A stretch of 64,000 nt of DNA from Chrysomallon squamiferum (taxonomy: Eukaryota > Animalia > Mollusca). The notes below the pieces were generated by a model, which worked only from the letters and a program-made list of their open reading frames with translations, was not told the DNA's origin and searched no databases. This document shows positions 1 through 11,177 of the stretch, one piece after another (the stretch's first letter is position 1; every line of letters begins with the position of its first letter). Both the position numbers and the translations under genes were made by a program. The stretch is taken from the NCBI GenBank assembly GCA_012295275.1, contig CM022665.1, forward strand, positions 34,844,001 to 34,908,000, in the 5' to 3' direction.

Positions 1-846
1 TATTTATTAATTATTGTTATTATTATTATTTATTTATTTATTTATTTATTCATTCATTTATTTATTTAGTTATTTATTATTATTATTATTTTTTAATTAA
101 TGTACATTTCGGAACACTTTTTTATGTTTTCTTATTTATTTTATTATTATTGTTACTATTTGCAAAGGTTTCCTGTTAAAGTGTGTTATTTTCCTGGGCT
201 TTTTGTTTGTTTGTTTGTGGTTTTTATTTAAATCGTATTAAAAACGTCATAACGTTCTTAGATTTCATCATAAAGGTATAGGTACAACAGTAAAGTTAAT
301 TTCAAGATCTTTCCATTGATATCAACAAAATTTGAATCGCTTCACTTTATAATATTTTGTCCCATACCTATATACAGAATATATCATGGTAAAGTAGCTA
401 TTTTATATATGACAAAGAACACAATTTTTATTTTTATTATTATTATTATTAAAGATTGATTTATCTTTAGCTTGAGAACACAGGATATTTTTATTCCATA
501 GTGTTGATAAGTATTTCTTCATAAAAGTGCTTGTAAATATTATTTTACCTTCTCGAAGTAAAAACCAGGATTATTAAGAAATAAAGCTAACAATAGCTCT
601 GTTTGCTTTTGTTTGGATTTTTTTCATTTGTTTTAGTTTTTGTTCTTTATTTTGTCAGTGAACTAGCAAGTCACAGTTTTTCAGATTTTAGTTTTTAATT
701 TATTAGGATAAGTGTTTTCGCTTTTTTTTCAAAACACAAACCGTAACCGAAAAAATAAATAAATAAATATATAGTTAAATAAATTAATGAAATATCTATC
801 TTGAATGTTATAATCGGTAGCTAACTGTTAAAAAATTTCTAATTAG

Positions 847-1030
847 GCTGCTTGGGTCATTGCCTGGATCTTACACTCGTTTCTTCTTAGATAATAAAAA
901 ACGTGAGTGCACTGCTTTCAGGTATGGTGTTTGCGGTGGGAACACCAATAACTTACTGACAAAAAAAGGCTGTATGGATGTGTGTTTTTATCCAGCATCT
1001 CATCAATATCCACATCAAACTAAAGAATAA
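847..1030 (+). pseudogene. Degenerate Kunitz/BPTI-domain exon (probable pseudogene)
   Basis: 866-1030 translates GSYTRFFLDNKKRECTAFRYGVCGGNTNNLLTKKGCMDVCFYP...*, matching the Kunitz pattern RF-x-C-x-F-x-YGGC-x-GN-x-NNF-x-C-x3-C with substitutions (YGVC, NNL). The N-terminal part after the acceptor (ttag|, 845-846) reads C-L-G-H-C in a different frame, with too few residues between the first two Cys. This indicates a frameshift plus deletion. Confidence 0.7.
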
Positions 1031-1668
1031 GTATGACGATAGGTTGTTAAAAACAAGGACCAACGAACTGTACTTTCATGTAAGACAACTTCTGCTTGCT
1101 GTGTTTTAAAATTCGTATCTCGAAATAAAGATCATCGTTATTATTAATATTATAATATAAATTAATTTTAATTTCAGATGACAATTTTTTTTTTTTTTTA
1201 ATGTTTTAAAATGTTTATCTTAAAATAAAGATCGTTGTTGTTATTAATAATGTAATAAAATTAACTTTAATAATACATAACATACCTTCTGAATTTTAAA
1301 TTTTTTTAAATGACTATCTTTAAATGAGGATCGTTGTTGTTACTGAAACTGAAATAGTATTATAATTAAGATTAGTAATAAAAGTACAGCTGTAATTATA
1401 GTTGACGTACATGAAGTAGTAGTAGTAATAGTAACGGTCGCGGTAGTAATAGTGGTAGAAATATTTTATTTTGTCTTGGAAATTGTAACCACTGCAGTGA
1501 TGGAATCTCCTCTTTTCTTAAATATATTGTTCACCATTTAATATACATTCTGTACGAAATATATGGTTACTGAACGTTGAGACAAAATTACTTTTCTTAC
1601 TACAATATATTTTACTTTTAAACGGTATGTTTAAATTTTACAATCCGGTATTTTGTAAAAACATTAGT

Positions 1669-2275
1669 TCATCCTATGGCCTTCAGAGGGGAGCAAACCT
1701 TAATGCATTCTTCAAATGTTTTGAAATTATTTGAGTTACCATCGCAACCACCGTAGATAAACTGCTCGCATTTCATTAAATAGACATCCCAGTAGAACCT
1801 GCGAAACAAACCTTTGCATGGTCCTGAATCATGCTTTTGGCTGCATACTGCAAAGACCAAATAAATAAATCAATAAAAATAATTAAGTAAACACATAAAT
1901 AAGCTATGTTATTTAAATCGGAAAACGATAATGCAAATACTACTACAACAACTACTACTACTAATAATAATAATAAAATAATAATAATTTGTTGTTTTTA
2001 AAAAAAACATTTTCTCCAAACATAGCTATTTTATTTGCTATCAGTTTAATTATGTAGGGAATTTACAAGTGAAATTAAAATGTATTTATTAATTTTTAAT
2101 TTTGTGTTATTTTATTTATTTATTTATTTATTTATTTTTATAATCCTACTGCTACTCTTATTACAACTACTACTACCACCACCAGTGCTAAAACTACTGT
2201 TTAATTTTATTTTTACAATTTATAACATTACCTTCCACGTTTTATGAGAATGAGCAGAAGAATCAATAAAAACAT
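1669..2275 (-). CDS. Secreted single Kunitz/BPTI-type serine protease inhibitor (2 exons; reading-frame discrepancy between exons)
   Basis: Exon 1847..1669 (acceptor tttgcag) encodes a complete 6-Cys Kunitz domain CSQKHDSGPCKGLFRRFYWDVYLMKCEQFIYGGCDGNSNNFKTFEECIKVC with P1 Lys. Candidate signal-peptide exon 2275..2232 (MFLLILLLILIK..., donor AAG|gtaatg). As written the exon phases differ by 1 nt (see findings). Confidence 0.8.
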
Positions 2276-3013
2276 TTCCTCTCACAGTATTTTTGTTCCA
2301 TCTGTTGGTCTTTACAGTAAAAGTGTTGTGTGTTCTTTCCCAGGCAAAAAAACCCTCCCACTGATAATAATGTGTACCAGTGTCCGATAGAAAGCTATCA
2401 AATGACTTATATTTTAGGATACACTGATAATATTTGAAGACATACCAACTTGAACATCTTGGACATTTTCATTATTTTAGACTGCTAGACCGTAATTCTG
2501 TCAGAAATGATGTTAATTGCATTGAACTATACGATCTTTTCCTTTTCTTCTTCTTCTCCCAACCCTAAACATCGAAAATCAGACAGTATTACGCGTTGCG
2601 TCATCCGAGACAGAACAAATACGCTTCAATTTGTATTCACTCAGCTGCAAATACCCTCTACAGACCTAATGTAACTATCAAACAAAGTATTTGCAGACAG
2701 ACCAAACGTAACTTCAACAATAAAGATTTTATTTCCTGGTTTCAGGAGCTTTTCGTGGATATTACTGGTAAAACAATTCATTATATGTCAACATTAAAGA
2801 ATGAAAAAAAGAAAGAAAAAAGATCTATAACGAAATTTAATATTCTTAGAGTACTTCCTGACACAGACTCACAAATGTACAGCACAAAAGGAAATATCAT
2901 AATTAAATTCCGATAGAGGTTTTTTTTTTTAAATGATGATAGAAAAATGTTAGTCAAATAATTCTGAATGTACACCTTTCTTCTTACATTAAGGAATGAA
3001 AATGATTTCAAAG

Positions 3014-3016
<3 letters not shown>

Positions 3017-3104
<88 letters not shown>
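3017..3104. repeat. (GA)n microsatellite
   Basis: Direct inspection; a second (GA)n run lies at ~3429-3497. Confidence 0.95.
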
Positions 3105-3105
<1 letters not shown>

Positions 3106-3106
<1 letters not shown>

Positions 3107-3405
3107 ATGGCCGTAACTACATTGAGGCAAATGAGGCAAATGCCTCATACCGAAATTGGCGATATATATATATATTTTTTTTTATTTTTTTTAATTTATT
3201 TTATATAAAGATTCTATTTGAAAAATGTAAAATATAAATCTCAATTCCAGTAGAAATGATATCCACTGAATGAATTCGTGTATGTCTACGATTACAGTCT
3301 GAAGTCTACCGACATCGTTGCGATGAAAGACATAACTGACTTCAAAGACATCAGACATCAAACAGGTTTTTGCATCATTTCAAAAAGAGTCTTGTTACGG
3401 CCATG
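3106..3405. mobile_element. MITE with 12-bp terminal inverted repeats (hAT-like ends)
   Basis: CATGGCCGTAAC at 3106 and GTTACGGCCATG ending 3405 form a perfect TIR pair. The element sits between GA/GT microsatellites; no clear TSD. Confidence 0.6.
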
Positions 3406-3427
3406 TTTGTGTGTGTGTGTGTGTGTC

Positions 3428-3500
<73 letters not shown>

Positions 3501-4977
3501 AATGTTTATGAACGATATTATGATATATACGAAGCCGAACAATGCACAAAGCCGAAACGATGATCAAAATAATGTTTTCTGTTTCCAAATATAGTTTGTA
3601 TCACACATAACATACAAATAAGAAAATGATCAAAGTGGAAAAATTAATTTACAAGTGCTTTTTATACATTCTCGTAAAATGTAACATACCTCGTTATCTT
3701 TGAATCATTTTTTTCCCCCAGTGACGTGCCGCCATTTGTTACAGACTTTACAAATAATATAAGTGTACTGTCAAAGCTCTCTTTCTACATAATATATATA
3801 TAAAAAAACAACTAAATTATCATTTAATCAAGAAGGACCAAAACGTGCAACATCGTGAATGCAATTTTGTTTTGTTTATTTTTATATTTTGTTTTTTTTT
3901 CATTTTTTATTTCTTCATAATTTTCGTTGTGATTAAATCACATATAAAAAATATATCAAAAATTTTTCAAAAAGAAAAAGTAAAAGAGAGAGAAAGGACT
4001 TCTGACAAATGGGAAACCCCCTTTTGAGCATCATCAAAAACCTGAAAGGTTTCTACGCGCCGTGAATTGATAATCTCAACAATCCTGACAATAAATCCAC
4101 ACAAGATCGATATTATTTACAAGAAATTTTATTTCATCTGAATGTAGTACACCGTTGACAGGAAATCAACAGTTAACTGCTACGTCTGTATTTGAATTCG
4201 ATCGGGTCATTACGTTTATTTTTATTTATTTTTTATTTATTTTTTTAATCAATAAAATTGATAATAATGTATTTATTTATTTATTATTATTATTATTATT
4301 ATTTTTTTTTTTTTTCCCCGTCTACGATGCTTGATGTTTGTATAATAAAGGAATCATTCAGAAATTTCGAAATGAAAGTAGGGAAAGGTGGGGTTGGCAG
4401 AAAGGTCTTACAGAGAGTGGGTGGGTCGAAAGGGTTCGTTGAAATTATATTTATATGCTAAATTTACTTAAAATATATATATTTTTTTAAATTTAATTTC
4501 TTTTATCTTATTGATTCAAATTTAATTTCTGACTGTATTCAATGAGTTTGTCACGTGAGTAATCGATGTTTTCCTGTACAAAGAAACAAAGGGGTTTCAT
4601 TAGTACAATAGCTAACACAGAGAAACGAGTTAGAAAATACGTTATGGATCATCTTCTACGATATGCTGTCTTTATAAATGGAAAAAAAACCCTCTAAAAC
4701 ATTAAGGCAAATACTATCATAAATATATTTTATTTCAGCTTCTTATAATCCGAAATTATTACTATTAAAGCAGAATAAACTAAAGACGTCTTGCAAGTAC
4801 CTAAAAAAACATAAATGTCTCTTATTATAATACATATTTCACACCAAACAGAATAATAGCTACAAAAATGTTATATTTGTTTTCACAAAAGATTTTATTT
4901 ATTCCATATTATAATATCCTTTACTATGCTGCCTGGGCTTTAAAAAGAAATTAATAATTCACAATATTCATATTTTG

Positions 4978-5025
<48 letters not shown>

Positions 5026-5465
5026 TACTGGATCTTATTACATACCTTTCTAGGATTGTTCAAAACATGAAAATAATGTTGCACTATTATTGGATTTAAC
5101 ATTATTTAAACTGTAAATAAATAAATGAATCATATTTAATTTCGCTAAAATCTTTTTCTTTCCTTCCTTTTTTATATCGTCTATTTATTTATATATTTAT
5201 TTATTTATTTTTAAAAATCAAGGCAGAATTGTTCACTCCGAAACACAATTTAAGTAGTAACACAAACTGTTGTTCGACTGAAATATTTCTTTTCAGTCGT
5301 GATTTGCCGTTATATTATATATTTGTACACTATCTTCACCACAGAAAAATAAAACAGAAGAAGAATGATGTAACGAAGGTGATGATGAACTACAACAAGA
5401 AAGGAAAAAAATGAGAAAGAAGCGATAGAAGAAGAGATAAAATATTAATCTCACACTATAAATCA

Positions 5466-5813
5466 TTATCCTACGGGATTGACATATACTGGGGGAATAG
5501 GTGGTACATTAGTAGCTATATCAGATGCTTTTGCAAATCTTTCTTGATGCACAGCCCGGTATCCTTCAGTTCTGCTACTGTATTTATCCCAAAGACGACA
5601 CAAAACCGTACTGTTGATGTCTGCAAACTCGGCCATCACACAAGTTAAGTCGCTGACGCAGTCTCTGGCGCAAGTGAGGATGCTGTCGACTTCTATGCCA
5701 GCAATGACTGTATTTGGCGTCTGCGATGGAGACTCCACAGTAAATTGAGCTGTTACAGAACCTTCTGGAATGGCGAAGGGTAAAAACACTAGGAACATAA
5801 CCCAGTAAATCAT
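5466..5813 (-). CDS. Small secreted PAN/Apple-like domain protein (115 aa, single coding exon)
   Basis: MIYWVMFLVFLPFAIPEG hydrophobic signal, then S-x-L-x-CARDC-x2-D-x2-C-x4-F...C-x-L, the 4-Cys PAN core pattern, and a Pro-rich tail. A splice acceptor (ttattacag) at 5871-5870 suggests a 5' UTR intron; the longer ORF start at 5933 is probably intronic. Confidence 0.65.
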   Translation of the reverse strand: MIYWVMFLVFLPFAIPEGSVTAQFTVESPSQTPNTVIAGIEVDSILTCARDCVSDLTCVMAEFADINSTVLCRLWDKYSSRTEGYRAVHQERFAKASDIATNVPPIPPVYVNPVG

Positions 5814-6222
5814 GGTTGCTCTACCAGGTGCAGTACGATCACCGTTTGATTTTTTTTTGTTCTTCTGATCTGTAATAAAATAAATTTGACATGGTGTTAA
5901 TCGAATTACAATGTCAGGGATAGCAAATACCATTTCCTTTTATCGTTGGCTATTTGTAATTCTTTTTCGCCTTCATCCTTGCTCTCTGTTTTAGTTACTC
6001 TCATTTTTCTCTTACTCTCTTTCTTTCTTTAAACTCTGTTTCCATCTATTTTTTCCCCTGTCGCTCTTTCATTATCTTTCATACTTCTTCTTTGTCCGTA
6101 TCTATCACCGATCTCTTTATCTCTCTCTTATTCGTTTTTCCTTTCTGTCTGATTCTCTCCTTCTCACTGACCCTCTTAGTCTCACACAACTATCCATCAT
6201 CATTTTGTTTCTTTTCTTATTT

Positions 6223-6348
<126 letters not shown>

Positions 6349-7660
6349 CTGTCTCTGTGTATTTTTGCTTCTTTCAAGAACCAAATAATCTCAGAAACAA
6401 ATTAATTTCTATAACGGAAACAAAATTCGTAGTTTTTCAAGTTTACGGGTATATATTATATTATTTTCAAACGTAAATACACAGATATTTATAGAACTAT
6501 AAACTGCAAAATTTATTTTTAAGTCAGTCTATTAGAAATAAACGTTTCCAAAATCATTGTCCCAATCACTGTTTTAAAAGACTGTTAAAGTGTATATATA
6601 GCAGTGTAAATAAATAATCGTCAAAAAACTTCTTTACAATTACTAAGTGTTATTTTATCTGGCTAAAACAGTCGTTCACATTGTTAGTTACAAACTATGA
6701 TCATAAAATAATAGATATTAATACTGTTACAAAGCATATAAATACCATCATTTTATCCCTACACAACTGTGATCGTGACATCAACACACACGTGGCGGGC
6801 GTAACATATAGGGAATAACTAGTTACTGTCTTACCATATTCAGCTTTATCCTGCGAAGGAAAGAATGACCCAATTCAGCGAAGCTATGTCAATCTGAACT
6901 GGACCATGCAAAAACTAAATGAAATCAATTGTTTTATTTCTCACCGCTTTCGAGTTTAATAGATTCAGGCATATTGATTTCGTTATCACTATACATCAAA
7001 ACAAAATAGTTCTTAAATAACAACGATTTATTATTATTATTATTATTATTATTTATTTATTTATTTTTTAATGAAAATTGTTTTCAAAGTGGCCTTTTTA
7101 AGATCCGAACGTTTGTAAATAATAAATAATTTATCGAAATACTCTTCCCTCCCCAAAAATGTCTCTTGCCACCACGTACAGTGACTGCAGGATATATATA
7201 GGAAAAACATATTTGGAAATATGGCGGAATATATATAGAACTTTCTTCGTATCACAAAAAATACATTTTATAATAATATTTAATAGATAGTTTCCATTTT
7301 TTTTTTTTTTTTTGTTGTTGTTGTTGTTGTTTGTTTGCCTTTTGGGGGGAGGGGTTGTTGCTGTTGTTTTGTTTGTTGGTCTTTATTTATTATTGATAAT
7401 AATTTTTAAAAAAGAAGTAGAGAAACAAAACTGTTACTATCATATAAAATTTTGCAGTAATATCTAAAAATTAAAAATATAAATGTGCAGACAGCTGGTT
7501 TTATATATAATATAAAACTTTACGAATGCATACACAAACATATGCAAATAACATACAGGCATATAAAAGCACTCTTCAGAGATCTCTATTTCTATCTATT
7601 TATCTCTCCTCACTCCTTCAAACATCGTATTCCTGAATTTCCGGTAGTTTACATAGTTTA

Positions 7661-7868
7661 CGTGTTTTTAAATAAGAAAAATGTATTTATAAATGACAAA
7701 TATTGTATAAAAAAACAAAATAAAAGAGAATGTAAAGAAATAAATTGTTTTTGTAAGTGTATTTATCTTGGAGATCAGACAAATTATTTTAACGTCTTTG
7801 GCTGGAGTTACAGCCTTTATCGACTCCATCAGCTTCAGTATGGTACATATCGTAGAAGTACTATGCTC
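7661..7868 (-). mobile_element. Fragment of Tigger/pogo-like DNA transposon (paralogous to 57359-57566)
   Basis: ~208 bp nearly identical to part of the element in the MTA intron (gtgtttttaaataagaaaaatg...gtagaagtactatgctc), which encodes a CENP-B-type HTH. Confidence 0.8.
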
Positions 7869-9488
7869 ATTCTGTATTATTTTTTTTTACTATCAGTATC
7901 ATTATCATCATTATAATCATCATCATTCCTAGACGTTGCAAATCACATAATTATATTTAACTTTAAACCAAATATAAAGTCAATTACAGTAAATTTAAAA
8001 GAAAATAATCACACATTCATTTAAAAACGTTTTAAGAAAAAAAAATTGAGAAATAAAAACAATTACCTGTGATTTGTTCTTAAACTCTTCGAATTTATTA
8101 AAGGTTTTTTCTTTCTTTTTCACTTTTTTGTTGTTGGTGTTGTTTATATATATTTTTTTTTAATCCTAACTCTTCAGACTTTGACCCGCCAGTAATGACT
8201 GTTGTATGAAAAGTAGATTACAGCTTATGCTAAGAAGGTCAGTCTTGACACTGATTAGAAGTGCAATCTGAAATATTTGCACATGATAAACATCGGTGAG
8301 TGACGGGGATATTGATATTCTATATTCTGTTTATAGGTACAGAGCTTGTGGGTCCAGTATGAGAAGTAGTTTTGTGTTGGAGGATAGGATTTAATGATAA
8401 GAAGTTTATCGCTTAGGAAATCCACAAGTTTGAACGTACTTTATGGATGAATTTGTAAAATGTTGAATTTCTGAATGGACATAAACACCAATGAAATTTG
8501 TCTGTGTGGTATTCATTAAATGATATAAAATTTAAAAGATATTTATAATTAATAAATGGCACATATATTATATATTATGTAAAAATATTCTATTTCATAT
8601 TTTATATATACTGTTCATCATTACTATTGTTGTTTTCCTGTTTTATCACCAGCACAGTTATCATCATTATTGTGAATTATTTCTTTATTACACTATGACG
8701 AATAATAAAAGCAATAAAAACATAAACAAAAAATCAGTAACAGCAATAATGTTTTCTTAAACTGTGTGTGTCTGTGTGTGTCTGCATTAAGAACAAGTAT
8801 TTAAAACAGATTTAATAACTGGAACGGAAATTCAATTTACTTACTAATTTATATACTTGTTTACCTGTCTAAAACAACAACAAGAATAAAATAATAATAA
8901 TAGTAATTGTTTGTGCGTTCGTGCGTGCGTGTTGTTTAAAACAACCGAGATGATGTATTAAATGAAAAATGAAAAATTATTTTCAATTTTTTTTTCTTCT
9001 ACAACCATGCGAAGAAATCACAAACTTTAAAAAGAAAAATTAGTAATGATAATAATGGTAATAACAATAATGATGAGGAAGATGACAACTGCGTATAAAC
9101 GCAAAACAAGCAAATACAGTTTATAATAATAAAATAAATAAATAATATATTTATTTTTTATCAGTATTATCTTGGCACAGTGAAATTGGAAAAAGTGGTA
9201 ACTGATTCTTATATTCTTCTTTTTCTTCTTCTTCTTCTTATTATTATTTTCACAATGTAATACTTTTCTCAAAGTTTTCTGACTCTTTTTCGTGCACGAA
9301 CAAACAGTTGCTACGTTAGACGTAGTAAATAAAACTGATTAAAATTATTATTTTTTGATATATGTAGTTTGATATTTTCTTGTGGGCTGGACGATCATTT
9401 TTAATATTGAATGTCGTGGTAATATCAAAATGTAAACAGCATATACGTTATCGAATTTCAACCCACAAACTGTTGAATACATTTTACA

Positions 9489-9536
<48 letters not shown>

Positions 9537-10019
9537 AAAATGCAGGCATTATTGGAAATACAAATTAAAATTCTGTGACTGAGACAAATTTTCAAGAGTA
9601 ACTATAAATCTATTATAATACAGGCCATGATAATGAATGCTTTTCTTGCCAAGATTTAATATATTGATTGTCATTGGACGATATTCGACCTATTTCCACC
9701 AATAATACAGTCCGTCATAATCAAGATTTGCTAGCCATACTTTGATATATTGATTGCCACAGGCTGATGTTCGCTGGTAGATCCTTCAATCGCCGTATAG
9801 CTGTGACAAGAAAATGCTCTTTCGCTGTATCGATCCAAGGTTAGATATGATGCTTCTTATGGCTGCGTTTTATTAAGCTGGTTTCCAAATAACAATATAC
9901 ATTTTAATTTTAACTGTGGCTTTGATACATATACAGTTTGTGGTTTGTGTGTGTGCATGCGTGTTGTTCAAAACAACTGAGATGATATATGTTTTTTCCC
10001 GACGCTATTTTATATAGTT

Positions 10020-10272
10020 CGAGCGCACGTGCGTTGTCCTCACCAGACCGGAACTACTCTTTCAAGCCGCGTGGCGTTCATTCACTCGCCGCATTGTTTA
10101 CGTGTCGAGTCGCCACAGTCGTGTATCGTCAGTTTTCTTTATGTTTTTAATTTTAAAATGTTCATGACTAATTATTAACGTATTTAGATGCCTTGGTACC
10201 AGAAAAACGTGAAATCCAGAAATCCGGAATGCCTCAGGCCCCAAGGAGTCCGGATAATTGGTCCGGTACCTG
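10020..10272. mobile_element. One-ended Tc1/mariner-pogo-like MITE fragment
   Basis: Right end ...TCCGGATAATTGGTCCGGTACCTG|TA (reverse complement TA|CAGGTACCGGACCAATTATCCGGA) resembles Tigger/pogo-type TIRs with a TA target. CpG-rich interior; left TIR not found. Confidence 0.45.
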
Positions 10273-10515
10273 TACAGTTTATCTGATACTCAGTTAAATA
10301 ATTGAAAGAAAAATTCCATAATTTTCAATGAATTTACTTTATTTAATGAAAACAAATATAAGTACAAAACGAATGTTTTCTTACTACTGTTTATTTGTTA
10401 TAAATCACGTAATTCAAATTATTAGTATCATTGATACAAAGTGGCGATAAAATCCTCAGCACCACACAGTCAGACTGAAGTTACTTCTTATCTGAAATAA
10501 TAATAATAATAATAA

Positions 10516-10546
<31 letters not shown>

Positions 10547-11177
10547 AATGATTATAATAAACACTATGCATTATGATGCTGATAATGGTGATGTGGGTAC
10601 TGCTGCTGCTGATGACCACAGTGGTTGTAAAATGATAAAGATGATTATACATTTTTATAGACGAAAAGTGAACAGGCAAATATTTGGGAGAAAACTAAAG
10701 GCTTCATTAATCTAAAATATAATAGTCACAAGTAAATTACTGGACGGGATAACAAATTGGTTGTAATATATATGAATGGGTGGATGGACGTATGTATGTA
10801 GGCATGTATGCATGCAATAGCTTTAAACAAGAAAGTCTACTTTAAATGATTTTAAAATGATATTGAGGAATTGCTAAAATTAACGATCAAATACTAATAA
10901 CTGACAGCAGAAAACAATAATAAAGAATATGTAAAGGATATTTTAAATTTTATTTTGCTTTTCATGATAATTATTTTATTATTTTATTAGGTGCTTATGG
11001 AATATGGTCTGCTGTTGTAAAGAAAAGCAAAATTATTTTGTTTATATACAGATCCATCACAATACCTTCATAATAAATAATTAAAAAATGTAGTTAATAA
11101 AAGTAGCTTACAATTAATATTATGTACAAAAGAAATAGAAAACCTACCAACTGTTTTCTTATCAATGAAGCAGTCTC

